A DNA stretch of 64,000 bases from the NCBI GenBank assembly GCA_030264375.1, contig JASCQW010000112.1:35053178-35117177 (forward strand), given 5' to 3'. The notes under the pieces are model-generated. The model was not told where the DNA came from. It saw nothing but the letters and a program-made list of their open reading frames with translations, and ran no database searches. Positions within the stretch are counted from its first letter, which is position 1, and each line of letters opens with the position of its first letter. Shown piece by piece: positions 50,560-63,592 of this stretch. The stretch comes from Carcharhinus longimanus (lineage: Eukaryota). A program made the position numbers and the translations under genes.

Positions 50560-51160
50560 GTGAATCATTCTGAAAGCTGCACTTTGGATGAAGCTTTATA
50601 GAGTCATACAGTACAAAGGCTGAACTTACATAAAATAGTTCAACCCCACTGTGACAATGGCTCCCAATTATGAACATCTGAAGGATGTGAGGGATTTGTA
50701 AAAGGTTCAGGAGAGATTTATGAGTGAGATTCCAGGAATGAGGAATTACAGAGAAGCCAGGGCTGTACTTCACATACAGCCAAAAAACTGAAGGGGATTT
50801 GATGGCATTGTATAAATTTATAAATAATTAGAAATTTCACTGTTTCCAATGGCTGCAGGTTCGATAGTCAGATTGCACCGATTAAATTTTATTTAAAGTT
50901 GACTGGCCAAAAACAGAGGGAACACAAGGAAAAACATTTTACAGGAATAGTGTTTAGGATATGCAGTGCATTCTCTCCCTGACATTGTGGAGGATTCAAT
51001 ACAAATTAAGGTTCAAAAGGAAACTGGATAAATATGTAGAGAAGAAAAGTGTATGGAAAGAGCATGTGGAAGGGTTTAATAGGACTGACTGGTTTTCTGC
51101 TCTGTAGAACTGTCACAGACTCAATGGGCTGAATAATCTCCTTCTGTGCTAAATGCTGTA
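50560..51160 (+). mobile_element. Old CR1 LINE 3' fragment
   Basis: aaggttcaggagagattta...atgggctgaataatctccttctgtgct. Confidence 0.65.
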
Positions 51161-51166
51161 CTACTT

Positions 51167-51193
51167 TGTGTGTGTGTGTGTGTGTGTGTGTGT
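51167..51193. repeat. (TG)n microsatellite
   Basis: Seen directly. Confidence 0.95.
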
Positions 51194-51289
51194 ACATAAA
51201 ATAGCAGAAGCACCAGGGCCTACTATTTCTCTCCCTGGTTCTGGTTTAGAGTATGGTGTCGGCATGAGTAACAACACTCCAAGTGTAAG

Positions 51290-51472
51290 TAAGGGATTCT
51301 CCTCTCTCCCTGTGGCATCTTTCTAATTGTGGGAGGCAGTGTGCCATTCGCCAGAGGCAAGATCTTCTAGTCCTGCTGACGTCAATGTGATTTCCCACTG
51401 ATTCCACCCCATGCTGCGCTGTCAGTGGGGCCAGAAGATTCCACCGGTGTGAACAGCTGGAAAGTTCCGGCT
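51290..51472. mobile_element. Short MITE with internal inverted repeats
   Basis: gatcttctagtcc/gccagaagatt; related copy at 53399-53593. Confidence 0.5.
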
Positions 51473-51937
51473 CTTTCATCCACAAAGTAAAAAACAAATC
51501 AGACAGTAATCGATTGAAGTGCCAATCGTGTGCTAGAAAAACACCAGTTCATGGAATAAAAATGTGTAATTTCCTCAGAAAATTGCACCTCAGAGTTTTT
51601 ATGGTGGTTACCCTGAAGCAAGATTACACAGCAAACAAGCAGGCTGAAGAAAGAAAATGTAAACAGGACATATTAATATATCAGAAACAGGATGGAGTGA
51701 TCAGGGACAATCACACGTCACAACCTGGTTTTGTGCCACGTTGCACTTTTCTCAAGCACCAGGACAACTGCAATTTAAATCGTTCTCAGTACTAAAAACC
51801 AAACAGAAGCTCATACAAAAAGTGTGGGAGGAGGAATGCTGCTGATCCACTTCCTGGCCAGAGCAGCTGCCGGCAAGAAGAAATGGGCCATCACCTGACT
51901 ACCTGCAGTCTACAGATAAGTTTTTTTAAAAAAAATC

Positions 51938-52275
51938 ATGTGTGGGCTATGGGCATCGCTGGCTGGCCAGCATTTATTGCCCATCCCTGGTTGTCTGAAG
52001 GCAGTTGAGAATCAACCATATTGCTGTGGATCTGGAGTCACACGTAGGCCAGACCAGGTAAGGATGGCAGATTTCCTTCCCTAAACAACATTAGTTTTTT
52101 TCCGACAATCGTCTATGGTTCCATGGTCATCGGTAGATTTTTAATTTCCGATATTTTTTATTGATTTCAAATTCCACCATCTGCCGTGGCAGGATTTGAA
52201 CCTGTGCCCCCAGAACATGAGCTGAATTTCTGGATTAATAATCTAGCGATAATACCACTAGGCTATTGCCTCCTC
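51938..52275 (-). mobile_element. tRNA-derived SINE (family C) with a LINE-derived 'gggcaataaatgctggcc' tail
   Basis: A-box tagcctagtgg and B-box ggttcaaatcc on the minus strand; 3' end matches the LINE at 13192 and 22500. Confidence 0.8.
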
Positions 52276-52982
52276 TATAATAGAAAGTAATAGAAAGGGT
52301 GTTTTGGGAAGGCCTTGTGTCGGATTGGGGAGATCATGACTTTCCTTGTGGGGCCTGGACGAGAACTCTTGCTTTATATTCAGCATGAAAGGGCCTCTTT
52401 CTTCATTCTTTCCCTCCTTCCTATTTGTAGCGGCCTGGCAAGAATGTCAAAAGTGCCTTCCTTCCTCAGTGCTAGTTCACAAGCAAATGGGCTCTTCCAT
52501 GCACAAATCCATATGGTCCCAGGCTGCACGAGGCAGGAATTTTTGCAGAATCTTACAGGCTCCAATTGGAAGGATTGAATTCAGAATAGTAACCTGCTCA
52601 ATTTTAACTCCAACTAATCAGTTTCTACCAGGCAAATAGGGTTAAACTTGATCCCAGAGAGCCCAGTGGTGAGGTTATGTGACATAGCACAATATTCCTG
52701 CTGGGTGACATCTATAATCCCGTTAGTAGCTTTGACTTACGTACATTGCCGCTTCGACTCAATGCCTTTGGGACAGTATTAACCTACATTGAGGTTTGCA
52801 TTGCATTATTGATTCTTTACAACATCAATAAAGAGCACAGATACAAAGTACATTTATTTAAAATGTCACCACTGCCACTTTCCTTCAGTGTGACTGTAAA
52901 TGAATCCTGCTGGAAGTTGAGTAATCTCAGCTCGAGCTGTCATTGGAAAAACACGTGCTGCCAAGTTGTTACCATGACAAGA

Positions 52983-53122
52983 TAGCAGTACTCTGAGTCA
53001 GAAAGTTGTTGGTTCAAGCCCCACTCCAGACTTTGGACACATAACCTAGGCTGAAATTTCCATACTTATATTGCTATATTGTTTAAAGTGTTGTCCTTCA
53101 GATAAAACATTAAACCAAGGTA
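52983..53122 (+). mobile_element. DeuSINE 5' fragment
   Basis: ctctgagtcagaaagttgttggttcaagccccactccagac. Confidence 0.6.
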
Positions 53123-53398
53123 TCTACTTGAATCTAGTTTGCTGTTTACTATTCTGGTACTCGAATTACACCAAAATAATGGGGTTATTGACTAATCGTG
53201 GAAACAATCACAATTGGTTAATTTACAAAAGACCCAGGCATGAAGTAAGAAACCCCTCTCAAATGGTGGAAGGTTTGGAAACAAAAAGGACAGAAGTTAC
53301 CCATTCCTTCCTAACTCTTTAGGCTGATATATGAAAAATAGCTACTTGGATGAAACACAGGAGAATTGCTGGTATGTGTTGGCATGAATCAATACATA

Positions 53399-53593
53399 GG
53401 GCTTGAAAATCCTGCCCTTCACACCAGAGAGATCTTCTGATTCCACCTAAGGTGAGCCGCCCTCATCCATGGCAGGTTTCCTGGTTGCAGGACTGGCAAG
53501 CCATGTAAAAAACCGCAGAAGTCAGCAGGACCAGAAGATCCCGCTGGTGGCCAATGGCAATCTGTCTTTGCTGCCAGAAAACAGAACCTGCCC
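53399..53593. mobile_element. Short MITE (family of 51290-51472)
   Basis: gggc...tgccc ends; internal gatcttctg/cagaagatc. Confidence 0.5.
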
Positions 53594-53676
53594 AGAGAGT
53601 CATTCAAGCAGGAAGGAGATATAAACTAACTAATAACTTGACCAAACAGAAAGCAAATAAATAATAAATAAATAAT

Positions 53677-53983
53677 GGACGGCACGGTGGCACAATGATT
53701 AGCACTGCTGTCTCACAGAGCCAGGGACCTCCGGTCACAGTCTGTGTGGAATCTGCATGTTATCCCTGTGTCTGCATGGGTTTCCTCTGGGTGCTCTAGT
53801 TTTCTCCCACAGTCCAAAATTGCATGGGTTTGGTAGATTTGGTTGATACTAAATTGCCCCTTACCGTCAGGGTGATTAGCGGGGTAAATACATGGGGTTA
53901 CGGGATAGAGCCTGGGTGGGATTGTTGTTGGTGCAGGCTTGATGGGCCAAATGGCCTCCTCCTGCACTGTAGGGATCCCATGA
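53677..53983 (+). mobile_element. HE1-type V-SINE
   Basis: Head, V-domain and tail. Confidence 0.88.
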
Positions 53984-56502
53984 ACTCGCACCAGCTTCAA
54001 TCTCTTGTTGTATATTTAAACTATGCAAACTGTGAAAACAATAAAAAGGATTCCTGGTTCACAAAGTGTTAACTCGACTGAATCCCGGTGTTGGTACTGT
54101 TAGAGCATCCGTGGCTGTGCATAAGCACTGAGTCAATACATAATACATAACTTAGCATTAATGTATGATTCCTATCTGTTATCAGTCAGTAAACACAAAG
54201 AGGTTCTGTTTTATGGAAATAGCTGAACAATGATAGTCCTTTGCCGCTGTAGGATAAGTATTCCTTCACCTAATAACAACACCAACTGCTAAATGACTAG
54301 AGGTGCGGCAAGTGAAAGCAACCTTTATGCCAAAGCTACATTTGGTGAAGGTAACCATTTGTTTATTGTGGTATCTGAGATCTCCATAGTGACGAGTGGC
54401 TTGGTAAAACTGACCCTTGTATTGAATGCTGGATTCAAGCCTTTGGAGTCTCAACTGTGTATTGAGTGTGGAAGATCAGAACTTTAATCCTGTCATTTCA
54501 CATTTGCCCAATTTGTGCTTTGATTTTAAGTGCACATTTTGCTGCTAAAACAAATGAACCGTAAAAGACAGATAAGACTGAAAAGTAGTATGATATTAAG
54601 TTCCAGTGTTTCTGGATGTTGGAATTGTTAACAAGGAGAGCACTGACTTGGCAGATCATTTATATATAGTAGCAAATAAATATGTACAAACATGGGGAAA
54701 AGGGATTAAGCTTCGTTAAAGGCCTCTCAAAGAACAGTATCTGCGTGTGGCTCAAGTCATGACAGGAACAATATTGGTTAGAATCTTCTGGCGTTGTTTT
54801 TTTGGTTCCCATTTTTATTGAGCCAGATTTTCAGGTCAGTGGCCGTACTGAGGAATGTCGCTGTGTAGAACTACCTGTCTGGTCACCAAAAGTTTAAAGT
54901 TCATGGAGAACCACTGCATACGCATTCGTCAGGACTTCCTCTGAGTCCCATCGCCCAACAGCCACTGACTGGAAGATTCTTGTGCTACTCCCTTAGTTTC
55001 TATTAGTTAGCTCCACTGTTTCCACACATTTTCTGCCCCATTTGCAAGTAGTTCCACTGCCAAATCAATGTCGTTTTCACTCAACTTTCCAGGAAAGCTA
55101 AGTAAATAACTTGAAATTGGATTCCCCTCTCCTCTCCCACATTTCACCTTCCTCTGAAAGATCCAAAATACAATCAATAATTGTTCTCCCATGTGGCAAT
55201 TGTGCCTTCAGTTGTCGTTGGTCTCAGCTTGGAATTCTCTCCCCAAACCCCTTCACCACTCTCACTCCGTTCCTTAATGATGCTGTGTAAAATATACCGT
55301 TTTGACCAAGCCTTTGGTCATCTGTCCTAATGTATCCTCGATTTTTGTTCAATCCTGTTTGTGCTCCAGTGAAGCACTTTNNNNNNNNNNAATGAGATTG
55401 AGATTTGGTTTCCTACACCGGGTAACTCTCAGCCCAACGTACTAGCTTTACTCTCGGGAAATCCACAAGAATTAGTGCCTTCAGAAGGGAGCAGACTAAA
55501 GCACGTGACCTGAAAAGACTATTTGCCTGATCAAAGAATTCCTTCTACAGACCACCTAAAGCCACTCAATCAGGAACTCCATACAGAACATTTTACTCTC
55601 CAAGGAAAGATTGTGAAGTTTCTGTCTTCATCCCAACACACATGAAGCAAAACTCCAGCGCACCTCTCATACCTTGCATTTCTATATTGCATATTCTAAA
55701 CAAAGGTGATTTCTTTTTCTGAAACATCAATCTTAAGCTCTCATAAAAATGGTATAAAATATTCAGAAACAGTAACAAAAATACAGATTTTTTTAACACT
55801 GTCATTTCAAGCATTCATATGTATAAATTCATATGCTAAATCTGACAATTGGAATATTCTGCTTGTTCAGTACATGATATTAAATATAATTGTTTAGTAC
55901 ACTGAGTTAAGTGCTATTTGAGTTTCTTTGAGAAATCTGTTGTGGTCCACAAATTAGACAGCTATAAATTCTTCAACAGAAGTGAATCAAACAATTCTAA
56001 ACACGCATTACAAGAAAACATTCTGCCCCATCAATTCTGGTTTGATTCTTCAAAAATTCATTACTAGCAATCTGCTGGCTGCTGGGTAAAGCCTGCTCAA
56101 CAACGAGCCATACAGATCAGAAGATTGCAAGCTCGATTTTGGATCTTTCCGAATCTGCTGACCTCAGAACAGGCTGACAACCCATGTCTTTTAATTAACT
56201 TCACAGTTCACTGACTAACCCCTTCAAGAACAGCATGCATGAAGGTCAGATGAGGAACGGATTGGTTTCATCAGTGATGTCAATGGTCAAACATCCAGTC
56301 ATCGTTACATATAGACTGAGGTATTGGAAAACCATAGAGTGCTCATCTAACTCTACCCCAACTTGGCTCATCTAACTCTATCCCAACAGGACTCAATAAT
56401 CTCATGACAGTAGAGAAAAAGAGGATAAATAAAACAAGGGAGGAAAGAAAAGCAAGGGAGGAAAGGAAAGAAAAGATTTGTTATTGAATAAACACAAATG
56501 GT

Positions 56503-56800
56503 AAAGTTTATTTATTAGTCACAAGTAGGCTATATTAACATTGCAATGAAGTTACTGTGAAAATCCTTCAGTTGCCACACTCTGGCACCTGTTCAGGTAC
56601 ACTGAAGGAGAATTTAGCATGGCCAATGCACCTAACCAGCATGTCTTTTGGACTGTGGGAGGCAGAGCACCTGGAGGAAACCCACGCAGACACGGGGAGA
56701 ATGTGCAAACTATACACAGACAGTGACCGAAGCCGAGAATTGAACCCGAGCCCAGACGTTGTGAGGCAGCAGTGCTAACCTCTGTGCCACTGTGCCACCC
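56503..56800 (-). mobile_element. Type B SINE
   Basis: Homologous to 1753-2030. Confidence 0.87.
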
Positions 56801-58087
56801 ACAACTTTGCCACAGACAAACGTTAATAGCAAGACTGCAGTTTTCACTACAAATCAAATTCAAAGAACATTTCTCAATAGAGTATTTCTCTCACCATTTG
56901 TTGCATCAAATTCCCTGGAAATGTTTATATGCTGTAAAAATAATTGCAGTGCCAAAACTGCAAATCTGCAGCTCAAATCATAAACTAAACTGGGAGCAAA
57001 ATTTTAACTGAATTACTTTTAAATGGGGTTGGGACAGGGGAGAGTAATCGTGTCTAGAACATTGTGGGTCTTGAAAGAAAGGAGCATGACTCCAAATTAT
57101 GCTCTTCAATTTTGGTGAAATTTTGCACAATAGAGTCATTGTACAGCAACTGCTCACACAGTTTATAGTCGCAACTATTTTTATCTGTAGCAGCCACATT
57201 TTGAAGACCTGCAGAGTTCTTTCTCTCTTTGGCAGATCTGTCACTCATTGATGACATTTTTACCCAGTCAAGTTGCTACAGGTCTGATTCTCCGCCTCCC
57301 AGTGATGCACTCATTAACCACACAATGGATTCTGCCTTGTCTCAAATCAGCAAACAGGTAATGGAGCTTACATCAGCTCATGGGAGTATTCCTTGCACTA
57401 CCTATTCCAGTAAAGCTTCTTGCAGTTAACCACCCCCCCCACTTCCTTGTATATTTTGAACAGCAATAAATTCTACCTAACATCCAGTGAAAAGCACACA
57501 TTTCTTTCTGCAGAATAAGTAGTAAACTCAAAAAAGCACGACAAACTGCAATTCAGCCAAAGTAAATTGTACACAACACTACAGATTCTGTGCAACACAA
57601 AATGTTCATCAAGCTCTACTAAGGAAACAATTTGCTTGTAAACGATCCTCAGAAATGAGTTCAGAATTAGAAATTAGGAATACAAGGACAGTTTAAGAGA
57701 AGAACATTGCTGGAAAGAGGAACACAAAGGTCCTCCTTTTAATAATTTCTGGTAAAATTATCATTTTCTTTGACAATATATATGATCTCTATTCAGATCA
57801 AGGCCTCGCTCTATTATTGTTTTTATTTATCATGAAATGCAACTAGTTCTACACCATCTTAAACTGCATGTGTGTAGAACACAACTTTTTCTAGACATCC
57901 TGTCCAAGTTCAAATGACATTACTGACTAAGTGACCTTAGGCTGCCTGTAACTGGATGAATCAATCATATTCTCTGTATTGGATTACAGAGGATCAGATT
58001 AACAATGGGCTAATGTATATATTTGACACCTCATTTATATTGATAAAATCAATGCCATTGCAAATCCAACATCTCAATTACCAGAAG

Positions 58088-60300
58088 AAAACCACTGCAG
58101 AGACTGGAGAACAGAAATAAAAACTGAAAGTACTGGAAGAATTCAGCAAGACAAGCAGCATCTGTGGAGAGTGTATCAAAGTTAATGGGCAGGTTTTTAT
58201 GGCCTCACTTGTCCTGAAACTGTAAAATCCTGCCTGAGGTTAATAGACCTTCGCATGGGTGGCACAGTGGTTAACACTGCTGCCTCATAGAACCAGGGAC
58301 CAGGTTCAATTCCAGCCTCGGGTGACTGTGTGGAGTCTGCATGTTCTCCCCATGCCTGCATGGGTTTCTTCCGGGTGCTCCGGTTTCCTCCCATAGCCCA
58401 AAGTTGTGTGGGTTAGGTTGATTGGCCATAGTAAATAGCCACTTAGTGGGACTAACATGGTAAATGGGTGGGGTTATGAAGATAGGGCTTGGGTGGGATT
58501 ATGGTTGGGGGAAGACTCAATGGGCCGAATGGCTTCCTTCTGCACTAGAGGGATTCTATGATTTCTATGATTCCTGTAGCAGGCGGGGCTGTAAAATTCC
58601 AGCCAATGTTTCAGTTTGATGACATTTTGGCAGAGCTGGAAAAATGTGAGAGATGGAACAGGTTTAAAGGAATTATAAAACCAGGCAAGGGTAATGGAGA
58701 GGAAACAACAAAAGGAAAGGTTTGTAACAGGCTGGAAGACAGGGCAGATTAAGTGATAAAGGGGGTAAGGGAGTGATAATGGACAAGCGAAGAAACAAAA
58801 GGGTTAAGAGGACGTGTAAGTGAAATTGCCATAAAAAATGGAAGCCAAGGCTGTGATTTGAAATGTTGAACATAATGATCAATCTGGAAGGTCGTAAATG
58901 ACTAACTGAAAGATGGGGTGCTGTTCCTTGAACTTCTCTTGTGTTACGTTGGAACAGTGTAGGAGGTTAAGGACAGAGAGGTCGGAATGAGTGTGTGATT
59001 GAGAATTAAAGACAATTGTGCAGAAGCTTAGGGTCATCCCTGCCGACTGAAAGGTGTTCCATAAAGCGGAATCTGTGTTTTGTCTCTCCCGTGTAGAGCA
59101 GCCCAGTGGCTACAGTGAATATTGTATACTAAATCAAAAGAGATCCATGTACATTGTGGTTTCACGTGGAAGGAGTATTTGGTCAGTGAGTAGTGAGGAG
59201 GTGAAAGAGTGGGTGTTGCACTTGCATAGAAAGGTACCACGGAAAGAGAAGGAATGTTGAGATTAATAGAGAAGTGGACCAAGGAACAGTTTCTTTGGAA
59301 CGCTGAAAGGAGAGAGGAGAGGAAGATGCAAATGGTGGAGGTATCACATTTGTGGTGGTTGAAATGTCAAAGGATGAACTTTGAGAACAAGGTTTCTGGA
59401 AAGGACAGAAAGAGTGAGAGCAGAAGTGCAGGAACTGGAATAGACACAACTGAGGGCTCCATTAACCACAGAGGAAGGGAATCCTTAATTAAAGAATAAA
59501 GGAGATATATCCAAAGTACTGGTATACAAGGTGGCATTGTCAGAACAGGTGGAATGGTGATGGAGAAACTAGGAGAATGAACTAGCATCCTTACAGGGAG
59601 TAAGGTGGAAAGAAATATAACCAAAGTAGCTGTAAGAGTCAGCGGGTTTATAGCTGATATTTGTGAACAACATATTCACAGAAATGTATAGAGAAAAGTT
59701 GAGGAAGGAACTAGAAGAGTCAGTCATGTGAAGGTGAGGGAAGGATGGAAATTAATAACAAAGTTTTTGAAATTTTCCAATTTAGGGTGAGAGCAGGAAA
59801 AGACACACATACAAGAAGAGAAAAAAAGAGGTGAGGGAGAGGAACCAAGTAGGACCGGGCAATAACATTCCAAATAGCCCACAAAAAGGCAGGCATTGCT
59901 AGAAATGTGGTGATTGTCCCTTTAATGGCAATACAGCAGGACGTTCGACTGGTTTGAGGAACCAATCGGGACTGAGAATGGGTAATTATTCCAGGGGATG
60001 AAGTCCTCACTCAAGCCGAAGACATCTAGAAGACATGTAGTAGATATGCCGGGACTGGGACAGCTAGTGTGCTTCTCCAGGGCAGCCAGTGCATGTGCTG
60101 CTGGCCCCTGTACAGTTTCTCCTTATTAACACCCTTTGTGTTCCTGATGAAATCTATGAGCGAACATCATTACAAGGACCTATCAGGGTTTCTATAGTAA
60201 CATCTTTTACTGAGAGGAAGTGAGAGGGGTCAAAGGGAAGTTAGTTCAACATGAGAACAAATACAGCCAGAGGGAGGTTATGGTGGAGAGGATGATTTGG
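58088..60300 (-). mobile_element. Old Penelope-like element (family 2), with a MITE (58186-58603) inserted in its pLTR; the MITE contains an HE1 SINE (58255-58575)
   Basis: The pLTR sequence ..agcatctgtggagag..aagttaat|..|aatgtttcag resumes after the insert. The purine-rich body is consistent with an antisense decayed PLE ORF. Confidence 0.55.
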
Positions 60301-60589
60301 GCCTCTGGTTGTGTAAGCTGTTGGGTTAACCTTGCTGCCTTCTTTATCTAATCTCACCATCATTCTATTCCTTTCTTCCTTGTGCATTACTCTGGTTTTC
60401 CCTTAAATGCTTTGTTGCTAAAGATTTTAGCTACTCCTTTGTGGTAGGAGTTCCACATTCTAACCATTTTTGAGTAAAGTGAGCCTCAGTGCTTTTCTAA
60501 TGGTGAAATTAATTTGCCAATTGTACACCCATTCTGGAAGTTTATTGATTTCTTCCTTTATTCTGTCACAATTCTCCTCTGTATTAAAT

Positions 60590-60921
60590 GCACTACATCA
60601 CCTGGTGCACCGAGAATAAACATTCCTCCTTCACCTGGCCCACAAGCAGTGCTGTAGAGGAAACAGTGCTCCCTTTACTTATTGGGTTTCCTGAGGCACG
60701 AGAAACCTGGCTGACCAGGCTTAGACCTGGAAGACAGGTTAAATGTGAGGCAGAGAGTTTCATTATAATGTTTAAAAGGTCAGTCCATCTTTGGAAGCAA
60801 ACTGTCTCCATCCATCCTGCTACTGCTAAAATTGGAGGTGGGTGAATTAGGGTTGGGTTTGAAATTTTAACATTCCATCCAAACACAACCCACCCATTTT
60901 TTGAGGTTAAAATTACACCCA
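60590..60921. mobile_element. Harbinger-like MITE fragment
   Basis: Ends gttaaaattacaccc, resembling the aaaatt..gccc TIR class. Confidence 0.4.
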
Positions 60922-60971
60922 TTGTTAGTTTCACTTTACAATATTTCAAATAGGTTATTATCAAATAAGAT

Positions 60972-61150
60972 GAGGAGTTAGCTAGCTCAGTTGGCTGGAC
61001 TGCTGGTTTGTGATGCAGAGAGATGCCAACTGCATGGGGTCAATTCCTGTACCAGCTGAGGTTATTCATAAAGGCCTGTCTTCTCAACCTTGCCCCTTGC
61101 TTGAGGTAATTTAACTTGATGGTCACCTATGGTCATCTGAGACTTTATCT
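60972..61150 (+). mobile_element. tRNA-derived SINE (family D)
   Basis: A-box tagctcagttgg and B-box ggtcaattcc, followed by a non-tRNA body. Confidence 0.6.
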
Positions 61151-61275
61151 TTTATCAAATAAGAAACGGTAATTAAGTAAATGATGACTTTGTACAAACG
61201 AATTAAGATCATGCTTTAATAAACACAATTAAGGTAATTATTTAAAATGATTCCCGAAAACAAAGATGTTCTTAC

Positions 61276-61458
61276 CCTGCCAGAGAGGTTTCCCTGAAGA
61301 ACGGTCTGCAGCAACACCGGAGCCACCTCTTGTAACTGTAGCATATGACAGAGATCCGTCAATTCTTCTCGGCCCAGTGACCCAGTGCCTATGGTGTCAA
61401 AGCTGTCAAACACCTCTTTCAGCCGTGCCTCATACTTATCTTGCTCTGCTTCATCCAT
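61276..61458 (-). CDS. NIN: Ninein, first coding exon (EF-hand N-terminus); exon includes 5'UTR up to 61482
   Basis: Translates MDEAEQDKYEARLKEVFDSFDTIGTGSLGREELTDLCHMLQLQEVAPVLLQTVLQGNLSGR, closely matching the recalled vertebrate ninein N-terminus (MDEVEQDQHEARLKELFDSFDTTGTGSLGQEELTDLCHML...). Acceptor ttttcaacag at 61483+, donor AGG|gtaaga, 183 nt, phase 0. Confidence 0.96.
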
Positions 61459-61539
61459 CCCATAGCACACCACGATGACAACCTGTTGAAAAACGAAATA
61501 AAGCCTTCAACAACTTTCTGCCTAACCTCCTCGTCACAA

Positions 61540-62825
61540 AATCCTGGAAAAGGCTTTTGAAAAGACATTGTGTTGATTCAATGAATAAGTAGTGGTCAAG
61601 TAGTAAAATGAATGGCGAGTTGGTTATAAAACAAAAAAGAAAATAGGGATTGAAAGTAGTTACTCAGACTGGCAAAAAGTGAGAAGTGGTGTTCCATAAA
61701 TCAAGTGTGGGATCTCTGGTGCTCAGCACTTACATCAATCATTTAGACTTTGGAATAAGAAGTATGGCTTCAAAATTTGCAGTCAATACCAGATAGAGTG
61801 TGCAGGTAATACAGAAGAGAACGAGGACAAAATAGAGGAAAACATTAATAAATTTTCAGAATGGGCATAGAAATGACAAATTAACTTTAGTATAGATTAC
61901 ATGCTCCCACTCCTAGTGGTTATACATTTTGGTAGGTGAGACTAAGGAGGCCAAAATCTCTCAGGAAAATAACTGTCTAAATGGGATAGAGGAGAAGAGG
62001 GTTCGGGGGTACAGAAACACAAGTTGCTATAAGTAGCAATGTAGCTTAACAAGGTCCTAAGAAAGGCAAACAAAGCAAAGGATTCATTTCAAGAAGGATA
62101 GAACTGAAAAGCAGAACACTTATGGTAAGCCTTACGTAGAACCTTGATTATTCCTCACTTGTGTGAAGGGTTCTAGTCTCCAGATTATAAAGGCATTGGA
62201 GAAGATGCAAAATCATTTACCAGGATGATACGAGAACTGAGGAGTTATAGCTATTGGAAGTACAAAGATGTGCTGGAAGTGCAGGTTGATTGGCCATGCT
62301 AAGTTGTCCTTTAGTGTTCCAAGATGGATAGGTTAGGGGAATAAGTGGGGTAAACATATGCAGTTACAGGGATAGGGTCTGGGTAAGATGCTCCGTCAGA
62401 GAGTTGGTGCAGACTCGATGGGCCGGATGGAATCCTTCTGCACTGGGGGATTCTATGATTTTATGAAAGATTGAACAGGCTGGAGCACCTTTCTCTAGAA
62501 CAGAGAAAAATGAGAAATGGCGTGATATGTTTATTATAGTCATAGAGAAGATATTTTCATTTTGGGGATGCCAGAATTAAGGGCCACATACGATAGTCAT
62601 TAATAAATCCAACTGAAGAGAAATTTATTCAGCCAGAGAGGGGTTAGAATGCAAAACGTGTTACTGCAAGGCAAATAGTGTAGATGAAGGTGAATCTTGA
62701 TAAAAGAAATAAATGATATGTTGGTGGGGCAAGGTGAATTAAGCTGGGAGGAAGTTCATCTGGAGCGTAAACATTAACATGTACCTGTGGGCCGAATGGC
62801 CCATTTCTGTGCTCTCAGTATTAAT
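61540..62825 (+). mobile_element. Old CR1 LINE with a truncated HE1 insertion (~62262-62465)
   Basis: Decayed RT motifs and 3' end tgggccgaatggcc. Confidence 0.7.
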
Positions 62826-63432
62826 GTAAGAAGTCATATGATTTGCATTCAGCAGTAGCAAGGTTGAAGGACTGTTGTACTCTGTACATGTCCCAAAAGA
62901 CAAATCAGTACAACATTACAATTCCACTGCATCCCTGATAAAATCAATATTTCAGATCTTTGTATCAGCCAGCTGACAACAAATAGTAGTGATAATGATC
63001 TTACAGTGCGTCTAGGATGTAACAAGTGAAGTCAAAACTTTGACAAAATAAATATATATTTTAAATAAAGCAGATAGGTAAAAATTAGGCTTAGACAAAC
63101 TGAAGAATGGGAAATAAAAACTTGGAACGGTCATCCTCCTGTCCCGGTTCACACATCAACCCTCCTCAAAATCAGAATCTAAACAAAACACAGCTTCTAA
63201 AGCAGCCCATCTCGGTGAGATATCACAATCCCGCAACACAAAAACTGGGTGGGGGGGGAATCATTAGCTGTGACTCTGTAAACTTACTACTGACATACTT
63301 AAAGGTCTGCTGTCCAAGTGGCTCAGAACCATGGAACATAATAAAAAGAAGCACTGCAACAACCCGGTGAGCAAGCTCCAATGGGATGTGCCAGGCGCTT
63401 TCAATTAAAAGTTACAGAATTTTACATTTCAA

Positions 63433-63592
63433 ACAAAAAGTCTACGGATAGAAAGTCACTATTAAGAAATTGCAAGTTTAATAACTGCAGAATTACATAC
63501 ATGTCTATGAAGTATATGAAAGATGTATATAATTCTGCAGTTACTAAACTTGCAATTTCCTAAATGTGACTTTTCATCGGTAGGCTTTTTGT
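63433..63592. repeat. 160-bp imperfect palindrome (~70-bp arms)
   Basis: Left arm acaaaaagtctacggatagaaagtcac..gaaattgcaagtttaataactgcagaattacatacat; right arm is its reverse complement with few mismatches. Confidence 0.92.

Noticed and set aside
56341-56388. Short direct duplications (also 3446-3482 and 41002-41038)
   Set aside because: Ordinary ~20-25-bp slippage duplications.
60972-61060. tRNA gene
   Set aside because: A and B boxes are present but there is no convincing cloverleaf, and the sequence continues into a SINE body.
61459-61473. N-terminal extension MVCYG from the ORF track
   Set aside because: It starts at GTG; homology indicates the true start is the ATG at 61458.
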